NCBI GenBank assembly: GCA_963708135.1
Contig: OY970192.1
Location: forward strand, 4,704,001 to 4,768,000
DNA: 64,000 nt
Reading direction: 5' to 3'
Origin: an uncultured Gemmatimonadales bacterium
GTDB lineage: Bacteria > Gemmatimonadota > Gemmatimonadetes > Longimicrobiales > RSA9
Below the pieces are notes generated by a model. It had not been told where the DNA came from. It was given only the letters and a program-made list of their open reading frames with translations, and ran no database searches. Below, in pieces: positions 53,221 to 62,960 of the stretch (positions are counted from its first letter, which is position 1; each line of letters starts with the position of its first letter). A program made the position numbers and the translations under genes.

Positions 53221-55224
53221 ATGGCCAAGAATAAGAAGAACACGACAGACGCAGTGCGCGGTGGCGCGCGGGAGAAGCTCTCGCAGCTCGGCTACCAGCA
53301 GATCGAGGACGACTTCGCGCTCTTCGATCCGCTCGGTGACGGATCCATGACGGCGACCGCCGAGCTCGTGGCGCTCGATGAGGGCGAGCCCGTCATCCTC
53401 TTCGCCAGCGGCGACCCCGGCGATGCCTCGCGGCCTCCCGTGCAGGACGATGCGAAGTTCAAGGCAGGCCTCGGCGCCGCCGCCGGCAAGCCGTTTCGTT
53501 TCGTCTGGGTGTCGGACGGCGAGAACGACTTCATCTTCGACGTCCAGAAGGACGCGCAGGTCTCGGCGCTGCCGGCCCGGGACGAGTGGAAGACCGTCGC
53601 CCGGCCAATCTCCGATACCCGCACCCGGCTCGTGCAGGAGGTCTCAGCAGAGTACCACCGCGGCGACTTCCGAGCGATCCAGCGGAAGTTCGATCAGCTG
53701 CACGAGGCCATCTACTCGCGTGGCGGCGTCAAGCCCACCAACGCTGCCATTGACGAACTCGGCAAGCTGCTCTTTCTCAAGGTACACCTCGAGAAGGCGC
53801 CCAGCTACGTGCTCACGAGCGGCGCCGCGAAGGGCAAGCGCTTCGCTGACATCTACTCGGCCGACCACGTGCGGGAGCACAAGAAGGATGCGGTCATTCA
53901 GCTCAAGGACGCCTTCCGCGAGATAAACAACCTCCCGCAGTACAAGGCGACCGACATCACGGGCGAGGTGCACACTATCTTTTCGTACGACGAGCCGCTG
54001 CGTCTCGAGAACCCCGACGTTCTCGCGCTCGCCATCGAGGCCCTCGAGCTGCGCGACCGCCATGGCAAGTCCATCCGGCTCTCGGTGCCCGACCGCGAGC
54101 TCCTCGGCAACGGGGAGAAGGCGCGCGAGATGCGGGCGCACCTCATCCACGAGGATCTCCTCGGCTGGGCCTTTGACGTGTTCCTTCGCGGCAAGTACGC
54201 AAGCGACGAGGGACTCGCGACCTACCTGACGCCGAGTCAGGTCGTGGAGTGCATGGCCCGCATGGTCTTCCACGACATCCCGGACGCGGACCTCTGGGCG
54301 CGACGGGGCGACGACGGGCAGCGCGAGCGCTGGAGTCCCCAGACCGACGAGGAGGCCGCGCTCCCCGCCTTCCTGTGCGGCGACATCTGCTGCGGCACGG
54401 GGCGCTTCCCCATAGGCGCGCTGCGCGAGGTGAAGCGGCGCGTGCTCGACGACCGCCACGTCGGCCACTCCGACCACGACAAGCTGCGTTGGCTCTCGCA
54501 GATGAAGCGGCACAGCTTCTTCGGCGCCGACCAAGCCGCGGGCTCGATCCAGAAAGCGCGCATCAACATGCTGCTGTACGGCGAGGACCACAGCCAGCTG
54601 CTGAAGGTCGACGACTCGCTGGTCGACCCGCATCTCGATCGGCTCATCGGGAAGTTCGACGTCATCCTGACCAACCCGCCCTTCGGCTCGGGCAAGTACA
54701 ATGATCCCCGCGGACTGGTGCGCATGCGCGACGAGGGGCGCGGTGTCGAGCTGGGCTGGTCGTGGACGCCCGGGAACCGGGCGAAGCGGAAGGAGCTCGC
54801 CAAGGCCGACCCGGCCTCGCTGTTCATCGACCGCAACCTACAGCTCCTGAAGCCGGGCGGGCGGCTCTTGATCGTCGTGCCTGACGGCATCCTCTGCAAC
54901 TCGGGGGACGCCTACATCCGCGAGTACTTCATGGGGACTCAGGACGAGGAGACGGGGGAGTTCCTCGGCGGAAAGGCGATCGTGCGCGCCGTCGTGAGCC
55001 TGCCCACCGAGACATTCTCCATCGCGGGCACGGGCGCCAAGACCAGCTTCCTCTACCTGCAGAAGAAGCGACATCCGGCTGAGAAGCAGGGCCCGGTCTT
55101 CATGGCCGTGGCCGAGCATGTCGGGTACCTGAAGAAGGGCAAGACCGAGGTTCCCGATCCTAGCGGCAACGACCTCGTCGCCATCTCGTCAACGTACGTG
55201 ACGACCGCGGGGGGCGGGCGATGA
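53221..55224 (+). CDS. N6-adenine DNA methyltransferase (Type I HsdM-like, long N-terminal extension)
   Basis: YLTP, DICCGTGRF (motif I), GAD, FDVILTNPPFG (motif IV), LKPGGRL.IVVPDGIL and VVSLP..TF. Confidence 0.92.
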   Translation: MAKNKKNTTDAVRGGAREKLSQLGYQQIEDDFALFDPLGDGSMTATAELVALDEGEPVILFASGDPGDASRPPVQDDAKFKAGLGAAAGKPFRFVWVSDGENDFIFDVQKDAQVSALPARDEWKTVARPISDTRTRLVQEVSAEYHRGDFRAIQRKFDQLHEAIYSRGGVKPTNAAIDELGKLLFLKVHLEKAPSYVLTSGAAKGKRFADIYSADHVREHKKDAVIQLKDAFREINNLPQYKATDITGEVHTIFSYDEPLRLENPDVLALAIEALELRDRHGKSIRLSVPDRELLGNGEKAREMRAHLIHEDLLGWAFDVFLRGKYASDEGLATYLTPSQVVECMARMVFHDIPDADLWARRGDDGQRERWSPQTDEEAALPAFLCGDICCGTGRFPIGALREVKRRVLDDRHVGHSDHDKLRWLSQMKRHSFFGADQAAGSIQKARINMLLYGEDHSQLLKVDDSLVDPHLDRLIGKFDVILTNPPFGSGKYNDPRGLVRMRDEGRGVELGWSWTPGNRAKRKELAKADPASLFIDRNLQLLKPGGRLLIVVPDGILCNSGDAYIREYFMGTQDEETGEFLGGKAIVRAVVSLPTETFSIAGTGAKTSFLYLQKKRHPAEKQGPVFMAVAEHVGYLKKGKTEVPDPSGNDLVAISSTYVTTAGGGR

Positions 55225-56681
55225 CAGTAAACCCCTCCGCCGTGTGGGTCGGACCCGCGCGCGTTCGTCCGTCTCGACTTGCCGCCGAGTTCTATCGTCA
55301 GGAGTACACCGACCTTGAGGACCAGCTCGATCGCTCCGGCCACAAGCTCGTCGTACTCGGAAAACTAGGCCGGCTGTTCACGGGCCCGTTCGGGTCGAAG
55401 CTACCCGCGTCCCTGTACGACACCCCCAACGGAGTCCCACTCCTCCGTGTGCAGAACATCGGGGACCTCTTTCTGAACGAGACTGATCTCGCGCGGATCC
55501 CGCTTGAAGTCCACGACGACATCCACCGCTCAAAGCTCGAGTCGGGGGATCTCGCCCTCGCGAAGGCAGGCCGCTTGGGAGCGCTCTCCAAGATCCCTGC
55601 TGACATCCCGGAGTGCAACATCACGCAGCACATTGTTGGCGTGAAAGTGCGCGCCGACAAAGTGCGTGGAAGCTACCTGGCTGCGTTCTTCCTTTCTCGC
55701 TTCGGGAGCTTTCAGCTCAAGCGTCAAGGGATCGGAACTCTGATCAAGTACCTCGGGATCGAGGAGACGCGCGCTGCGAAGGTGGTCGTTCCCGAGCGAG
55801 GCGTCCAAGACTACATCGGCGCGAAGGTCGAGTTGGCGGAGCGCTGTCGGGCGCGGTCTGGATACCTCCGTGCAGAAGCCATCGCACGCTTCGACGCGCT
55901 TCTCCGAACGCCCGAGTTCAGCCCGGGATCAGCTCTCACCAACGTCGTCGATTCCCCAGCCCTCACCGGTCGTCTGACCGGCGAGTTCTACCTCCCTCGT
56001 TACTTTGCGCTCGAATCGCACCTGGCGGGCCTTGGGGTATCGGTCAAACCACTCCGCTCGCTACTCCGCAGCGACATCATTCGGTCCTCGACGCCAGAAC
56101 GAGACGAAGCGGCGCCCGTCCCCTGCATTCTCACCTCGGACATCGACCCTCACGAGATCCGTTGGCGAAACCCGAGCTTGCGCATCACGCAGTCGGTGCA
56201 CGACCGCCACGTTGGTCGGCTCGCTGCACTAGACGTCGTTTACACGTCTGTCGGTCCGCCTGTGGGAGAAGCAGCCGTGGTGTTGCCACAGTTTCTTCCG
56301 ATGGCTGTGGGTGGCGATGTGTCCATCCTCCGCCATGGCGCCGATCTCCATCCCGGCTTCCTCGCCCTGTACCTGAACTCGGTGTTCGGGCGGATGCAGA
56401 ACGATCGCTACTCGCGGGGAATTCGACAGCGCCGCGTGTACCCCGAGGACATCGGCGCGTTTTTGATCCCAGCGTTCGGCGCCAAGGATCAGGCCTACGT
56501 GGGCGAGCGGATCGTGCGACATCAAGTCCTCAACGAGCTGGCTATCGACCTCGTCAACGAGGCCAGGGCCGACGTTGAAGCGCTGGTCCAAGGCACCCTC
56601 GACGTGCAGGCGATCCTCGCCGGAACGCTCAGGGCGCCCACCGCCGACGACATCCCGGAGCTGGCGGAGGACGGCGTATGA
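55221..56681 (+). CDS. HsdS-like specificity subunit 2
   Basis: RL.AEFY twice, TGPFGS.L, GVPLLRVQNI, GDL.LAK.G, YL..FF.S..G..Q and FL.LYLNS..G..Q; two TRD-like halves. Confidence 0.85.
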   Translation: MTVNPSAVWVGPARVRPSRLAAEFYRQEYTDLEDQLDRSGHKLVVLGKLGRLFTGPFGSKLPASLYDTPNGVPLLRVQNIGDLFLNETDLARIPLEVHDDIHRSKLESGDLALAKAGRLGALSKIPADIPECNITQHIVGVKVRADKVRGSYLAAFFLSRFGSFQLKRQGIGTLIKYLGIEETRAAKVVVPERGVQDYIGAKVELAERCRARSGYLRAEAIARFDALLRTPEFSPGSALTNVVDSPALTGRLTGEFYLPRYFALESHLAGLGVSVKPLRSLLRSDIIRSSTPERDEAAPVPCILTSDIDPHEIRWRNPSLRITQSVHDRHVGRLAALDVVYTSVGPPVGEAAVVLPQFLPMAVGGDVSILRHGADLHPGFLALYLNSVFGRMQNDRYSRGIRQRRVYPEDIGAFLIPAFGAKDQAYVGERIVRHQVLNELAIDLVNEARADVEALVQGTLDVQAILAGTLRAPTADDIPELAEDGV

Positions 56682-57136
56682 ATGTCCTCGGCATAGCTCC
56701 AAGTTCGACCGGCTTCAAGTGGGCGCTCCTCGATGGCAGCCGGGCTCAGCCCCGGGTTCTGCCGCTCCCGTCCACGTCGCAGAAGCTCCCCGCCGACGCT
56801 TGTGAGGGGCACGCGCTGCTGAGCCTACGGCGGCTGCTCTCGACCTTCCTAGCGGAGCAGAGAGTAGAGCGTATCTGCGTGCTGCAGGCCGGCTCCTCAC
56901 AGTTCCGCGGCCCGTCGGCGGCTCGCGTCAAAGCCGAGGGCATCGTCCAGCTGGTGGGTGCCGAGCTCGAGCTCACCGTCAACTTGGTCGCGCCACAGTC
57001 CCTCCGTGCGCATGAGAAGCGCTTCACCTCCATCGCGTCCGGTTCGCCCGAGGATGTGTTGAACGGCGGCGCGGACTTCAAGCCCAAGGCCTGGCGCGAC
57101 GCCGTGCTCGTCGCGTGGTGGGGGCTCGGCGAATGA
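56678..57136 (+). CDS. RuvC/RNase H-fold protein (DUF3010-like)
   Basis: MNVLGIAPSS..F.WALL, K.EG..QL and DAVLVA follow RuvC-like topology; the first catalytic Asp is replaced by Ala. Confidence 0.6.
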   Translation: MNVLGIAPSSTGFKWALLDGSRAQPRVLPLPSTSQKLPADACEGHALLSLRRLLSTFLAEQRVERICVLQAGSSQFRGPSAARVKAEGIVQLVGAELELTVNLVAPQSLRAHEKRFTSIASGSPEDVLNGGADFKPKAWRDAVLVAWWGLGE

Positions 57137-58269
57137 GCACGATCCTTCAGGACATCCAGGAGCTCATCGCTGCGACTGGGAAGTACAGGCTCGAGGCGGA
57201 GAACACCGAGGGCGCGAACGCGTACGCCTTCCGTGCCCATCACGTGCCCCTCGACCTGCCGGTGTTCCTGAAGGTCCTCTACCCTGATCCGAGCGGCGAC
57301 CTCTTCACGGAGCCACGCCTCCTGGTGGAGGCTACACGGACCGAGGGCAGCGAGAGCAACCTCGTGCGCGTTCACGATGCGCAGCGCCTCGGCGACAACT
57401 TCGTCCTCGTCGCCATGGAGTACGTCGACGGCGGCAGCATCCTATCGCGCTTGAGCGGCGGGCCACTCCCGATGATGGAGGCCGTCTGCGCGGCGATTGG
57501 CATCCTCCACGGGCTCGCGCAGCTTCACCAGGCACTCCTCGTTCACCGGGACATCAAGCCCGCCAACGTGCTGATCTCGCAGCGCCAAGGGCGCATTTGG
57601 CCGAAGATCACCGACTTCGGTTCGGTCGCGCGCCTCGCTCATGCGAGTGCGAGCGTGATGGCCTCCCGCCACAGCGCGCTGTATGTGCCGGCCGAGGGAT
57701 GGGCGACGCCGAGTCGATACGACGTACGGTCGGACCTCTATCAGGTGGGCCTGGTGCTCTTCGAGATGGTCCACGGCTCCCTGCCGTACAGCGACGACGC
57801 CTACTTGGACCGTGAGGCGAGGAAGGAGCTTCGCGAGCTGGCGAAAGCGTCGGGCGGCGGCGTCGCCGATTTCGACAGACAACAGGTGGTCGATCGCGCG
57901 CTAGGCCGGGCCGCGTCCGGCAAGGGCGTGATTTCGTTCGGGCAGATGCAGCCGTACGTGCCCAGGAGCTTGGCGCGCATCATCAACAAGGCGGTCTCGA
58001 CCGACCCCGCCGCCCGCTACCAGACACCGTCCGAGATGATCGGCGATCTCGAGGCGCTCCGCCTTCCCGATTGGAGGCTGGCCCCCTGCGGTGAGAAGTA
58101 CGCCGCCAGCGGATGGTCGGGCTGGGACTGGAGCATCGAGAAGGATCCAAAAATGCCGGAGCAGTGGGTCGTCCTGCGCTCACGCCAGGCGGCAACGAGC
58201 TTCCGCCGGTGGGCCGCGGCCGAGAACGCGCGAGCGGCCTGTCGCCTCGTCATGGAGGCCGCTGCATGA
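57133..58269 (+). CDS. Hanks-type Ser/Thr protein kinase
   Basis: VFLKV, MEYVDGGS, HRDIKPANVL, TDFG, YVPAE, SDLYQVG and DP..RY. Confidence 0.93.
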   Translation: MSTILQDIQELIAATGKYRLEAENTEGANAYAFRAHHVPLDLPVFLKVLYPDPSGDLFTEPRLLVEATRTEGSESNLVRVHDAQRLGDNFVLVAMEYVDGGSILSRLSGGPLPMMEAVCAAIGILHGLAQLHQALLVHRDIKPANVLISQRQGRIWPKITDFGSVARLAHASASVMASRHSALYVPAEGWATPSRYDVRSDLYQVGLVLFEMVHGSLPYSDDAYLDREARKELRELAKASGGGVADFDRQQVVDRALGRAASGKGVISFGQMQPYVPRSLARIINKAVSTDPAARYQTPSEMIGDLEALRLPDWRLAPCGEKYAASGWSGWDWSIEKDPKMPEQWVVLRSRQAATSFRRWAAAENARAACRLVMEAAA

Positions 58270-59493
58270 GTCTCCCCGCCCGCCCGAGCGATGCGTTGGC
58301 GCTCTTCGAGCATCTTGCCCAGTGGGGCGAGGTGTCGGCCTATGAGGCCGAGGACCTCGGCGCTGGGGCGTGGATCACGTTGTTGAAGAACGCAGGCGCC
58401 CTTGAGTGCGTTCACGACGATCACGGTCGTCCCTTGGCCTGGCATTCTGACGCCACCCTTCGTGCACCTGCTCGAGTCCGACGCGCAGCAGGTCGGACGT
58501 CGTCTGTGCTTCGCAGTGCCCGAGTACCGCGCCTACCTACTCAGGATCCTCGTCGACGGCCTGGTCGATGCCGGCCGGGCGGGCATGACCGTGGAACTCG
58601 AGGAGTGGACGAAGGGTGAGCTCGCACCGCTGCTGGCCGAGCTCAACGCATTTCTCGCGCCTCTGGAGAGCGGCAAGCGGCTGGTCGATCTCGCGCCGGC
58701 GGAGCTCGAGGCCCGAATGGCCGACCTCCCCGAGGGCACTCGATCGTTCGCCGCCTGGGACAGCTACGCACTGGGACACTCCGCGCGTCCCAAGGGGCTC
58801 TTCGAGTACGCGCTCCGGCGCTTCGGCCCCGCAAGCGTGGCGCTGCCCATCGCCGTCGAGACCGCTGCGGTGCTGCGCCCGCTGCCACTCAATCGAGAGG
58901 ACGGCTTCAGCCACGAGCGCGTCTTGCTTCCGCACGCATGGAACACGCGGCGCTTCGTTGTAGTGAGTGGGGCTGCGGTTGTGGACGTTCAGGGCGAGGT
59001 CTTGTTCGACAAAGATGCGCCCCTCAACGACGTACTCATCGAACACCTCCGCGATGCTGTGGTGGAGCACCCGTTCTACGCCGCGGTGATTCACTTGGGC
59101 ATCTGTGCCTGGCGCTCGCCGGCGTCGACAATACCGACCGTGGAGCTCTACGTGCCGGCATCGGGCGAGCTGCAGGAGATCTCGGTGCTCGTAGGATCCC
59201 GTGGCGTGGGCCGCGTCGCAGCGCTGCTCGGCGACCTCGTTCGCGCGCAGGGCTACGTACCCTTCGGCCTAGTCGAGGACCGAGTCCCAGACGAACTCAT
59301 GGCAAACCTGCTTCGGAACCTGCTGGAACTTCGAATCCTGCGCCGCCAGGACGAGCTGCTGGTGCTCGACGACGACTACCGGTCGTCTCTGATGGCGGCG
59401 CGCCTGCGCACCGTGTTTCGTCCCGGGAAGGAACTACAGAAGCGGGTGGTCGAAGAGCTGGCGATGCGGGCGTCCGAGGGAGGTGCCGCATGA
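58266..59493 (+). CDS. Unknown protein A, +1 frameshift at ~58445
   Basis: ATGA-coupled start at 58266 (MSLPARPS); continues in the +1 frame (LTPPFVHLL) to 59493; both halves resemble the C-terminal part of the next gene. Confidence 0.6.
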
Positions 59494-61788
59494 GGACGGG
59501 GATGGAACAGGTCGAGGACTGGATCGTTGCCGCACTACGCTCAGCCGGCGGGCGCATGGAGCTGAACGAACTCATTCGCCATCTCGAAGCCTCTTGTCCG
59601 CTCACGGCAGAGGACCGGGTGCCTCAGAAGGGTCATGAACACGAGTCGCAGTTTGCCTACCGCTGCCGGTGGGCGGTGACACGGTTGCGGAACAAGGGCG
59701 TCGTTCTTCGCCCCGGTGCGCAGCGTGGCTCAGTCCAGCTTGGCGAAGACGGAAGTCCTAGCGGTGTCAGCCTGCCCAGCTTGCCTGACGCGCGTAAGCA
59801 GCGCGTCTGGATCTTCCAGGCCAACCCCAAATATTACCGCATCCTCGAGGCGCTTCAGCAGCTCGACCGGATGCAGTTCCTGGCCAACCGATACAAGGAC
59901 CGCATCCAGGTCGGTGACACCGTCCTGCTCTGGATGTCGGGCAACCACGCGGGCATCTACGCACAAGCCCGTGTCGTGGAGGGCGTCGCGGAGCGGAAGT
60001 CCGACGGCGACGATGCGGCGTTCTGGGCGGACCCGAGCAGTGGAAGCACAACGAAGCCTCGCGTCGTGCTCGCGATCGAGAGACGGTTCCTCGGCAACCC
60101 GCTCCTCAAGACCACCATCGTGGCCACGGAGGGGCTGGGCAACCTGATGATCCTCCGGCAGCCGAACGGCACCAACTTCCCCGTCGACGTCGACTCGTGG
60201 GAGCTGTTGCGCCCGTTACTGCCGACCGAGCAGACCCGCGAGCCGGCGCGCGAGGTCCTCACGTGGGCGATGAAGCGAGCCAGGGGTGGCAAGATCTACG
60301 ACGAGAGCTGCAACGAGCTGCTCGAGCGCTTCGTCGCCGAGACGTTCGCCGGTGGGGAGGAACACTCCCGGGACGAGATCACCAGCTGGTTTGCAGCGAA
60401 CTACCCGCTCTTCAAGCCGATCACCGTCCAGTGTCACATCGAGAAGTACACAACCAACTTCCGCAGTCGCGTCCACTACAACGCGACGCCAGAGCACGAC
60501 CTCCTCTTCCGCGTCGACGACGACTGGGCGCGCCTCCGCCTCTACCGCCCGGGTGACGATCCCGCTCCGATCCACGACAAGCCTGACGCGCCGAAGGGCT
60601 CGAAGGCCAAGTCCTCGACGAAGGCGAAGCATGTCTCACCCCTCGACCGCAACCGCCGGCTGCTCGCGCATCTCGCCACCCTCGGTGAGCTGACGCCGGG
60701 CGATCTCGAGGACCTCGGGCTCGAAGAGACGGACCTGAGCGACTGGCTCGACTCGCTGCTGGCGCGTCGTCCCGAGGCCCACGTAGTCACCCCGCTCTTC
60801 CTTCATCTCGTGGACGGAGACGCGGGCCCGTCCGCGTTCACCACCCGGCTCGCGGCGCGCTTCATGGGCGAGCACCTACGGAGATACGCCCCGGAGCCGA
60901 TCCCGGGGCTCGAGGATCACGTCTGGGCACGATTCGGACGCTGGCATTCTGACGCAGCCCCACGGCGGCGACCAGAAGACGCATGCCTACCTCAGTGTGC
61001 CGATCCGCGAACCGCACGACGTGGCGGCCTCGGAGCGACTCGACCTGTTCGCGCAGCTGCCGCCGAAGGTGATCGGTGACCTGATTCGCGAGCCCGAGTT
61101 CCTCTCGGAGCAGCAATCCTGGAGTGCCGACGCGGCGTCGAAGTCGTCGGATGGGCCGCTCAGCACGCAGCTCCGTCGAAGCTGGAAGCGCCCGTTGCTC
61201 CTCAGCACCGTGGAGCTGCTCGTGGCCGACGACCGCCAAGTGCTGATCGGCGAGATGGAGCGCACCGACGTTATCGAGCGCAACTACGTCGTCGCCGGCC
61301 TACCGCTCTGTCGCGACGGCGAGTGGGAGCCTGCAGCCACGCTCGATCGAGAGGCCGCCGCAGAACGTCTCTTCCAACACCCGGTCGCGGCGGCACTCCT
61401 GCAGTTCGAGGTTCATCGCCTGTTCGCCGGCCTGTCGAGCGACGTGGCGGCGCTGATCCACCTCGGCGGGGGTATGGCGCAGCTCGAGCTCGATGGCGCC
61501 GGGCGAGGGCCTCTGTGGCGCCACGTCCGCTCGATGCTCGAGCAGGTCGGCTACTGGCCGGTGGGGGCCAGCACCCAGGATTCGCTCTGGGCGACCGCCG
61601 TCCACGTGATGCTGAAGAACCTCGAGCTGCTCGATGTGTTCGAGCGTGACGGCGACACACTGCGTCTGACCGACGACTACCAATCCAAGATCAAGGCTCA
61701 TCCGGCACACCGGCAGAACCGGGGCGAGAAGCCCTACCGCGTTCGCCTGTCGCCGTTCCTGGCGGCTCTCCACGGAGGACAGGCATGA
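59490..61788 (+). CDS. Multidomain protein B: Mrr_N-like wHTH + EVE domain + second wHTH + paralog of protein A; +1 frameshift at ~60947
   Basis: F.YR.RWA.T.L..KG (Mrr_N-like); WIFQANP..Y, IQVGD.V.LW.SG...GIYA.A.V (EVE); C-terminal part in the +1 frame ends at 61788 with an ATGA overlap. Confidence 0.65.
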
Positions 61789-62960
61789 CGACGGCGTCGG
61801 TGCGCATCGCGCTCCCCAAGCTATTTCTATGGAGCGAGCCGGCTCGCATCCAGGAGTATCCGGAGGCGGCGTCCCGTGCCGAGCCCGGCCTCGTCTATTC
61901 GCGGGCTGACCTCGAGCGCGTCGTCTTCGACATCGCTCCCACGATGGAGTTCAAGGGTGGGGCGCCGCGCGGCAAGGGGACCGACGGCGTCGTCAACACG
62001 TACGGGATGGAGCGCAGCGGCGCCCGTTACCGTGTCAACGGGATCAATCTCTTCGAGCGGGTCGACAAGGGCCTCCGGGCCACGCCCGAAGGCGTCGAGC
62101 TGGGGAAGGCGTTTCGTGACGCGGACGCTGACATCGACTGGGCTCGCGCCCTCGCGAAGCAGCTGCTTCGACGTGAGCCTAGAACGCGTTTGGTGATCGG
62201 GCTTTGCCTCGCGGGTTGGCAGCTGGGCGTCGAGGCGCCGGGCGGTATCCCCACGGGCTCGTTGTCGCTCATGTCGCCCGAAGGCGACGCCCTGGAGATC
62301 GCACAGCGCAACTGCGACGACTTCAACGCGCTGCTGTGCGACAACGCAGAGCTCGCCCTCGGGCCGCGTTGGCGCGCTGACCTTTCGGCACTCGGGGAAA
62401 CCGCAGCGGTCGTGTGGGAGGGCGTCCAGGGTGGAACCCCCTCGACGAACGACCTCCCTACGGCGCTCAAGAAGGCCTTGGCCGTGTTCTTCCACATCCG
62501 AGCCTTCGACGGTGGTCCTTCGACCTGGAGCCTGGACGCCGGCGGACTCGCCGATGCGCTGGCGGTGGAGGATCTCGTCGAGCTCGGCTTTGAGGGAGCA
62601 GCGCCGGTGCGGCTGACCGACGACGAGGCGTTCGCGCGGGCGCTCCGCGACAGCACGGACGCCGAGGGCTTTTTAATCGTGAGTCAGCTCGGCGAGCGCT
62701 TCGGCGAGCTCCTTCAGGTGCCGGACGAGGATCGAGCCGCCGTCCTCGACAGCTACATCCGGACAGCGATGTACCACGACCATCTGCGGGTGCTCGACCG
62801 CCACCCAGGACAGCCCCGCATGGGACGAGGGCTCTTCGGCGAGCCCGGCGCACGTCGCGTTCGCATCGAATTCACGCCCAGCCACCAGACTACGAACGTA
62901 GACGCCGCGGAGCAGATTCCCGCGGGCTCATCCAGCGAGACGCAGCGAGAAGACCGATGA
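61785..62960 (+). CDS. Hypothetical protein (possible winged helix)
   Basis: 391-aa ORF coupled by ATGA overlaps at both ends; LFER....LRATPEG.ELG wing-like motif. Confidence 0.75.
   Translation: MTTASVRIALPKLFLWSEPARIQEYPEAASRAEPGLVYSRADLERVVFDIAPTMEFKGGAPRGKGTDGVVNTYGMERSGARYRVNGINLFERVDKGLRATPEGVELGKAFRDADADIDWARALAKQLLRREPRTRLVIGLCLAGWQLGVEAPGGIPTGSLSLMSPEGDALEIAQRNCDDFNALLCDNAELALGPRWRADLSALGETAAVVWEGVQGGTPSTNDLPTALKKALAVFFHIRAFDGGPSTWSLDAGGLADALAVEDLVELGFEGAAPVRLTDDEAFARALRDSTDAEGFLIVSQLGERFGELLQVPDEDRAAVLDSYIRTAMYHDHLRVLDRHPGQPRMGRGLFGEPGARRVRIEFTPSHQTTNVDAAEQIPAGSSSETQREDR

Noticed and set aside
58439..60955. 15-mer pair as recombination sites that restore a functional fusion gene
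   Set aside because: Deleting the 2502 bp between them leaves the same out-of-frame junction.
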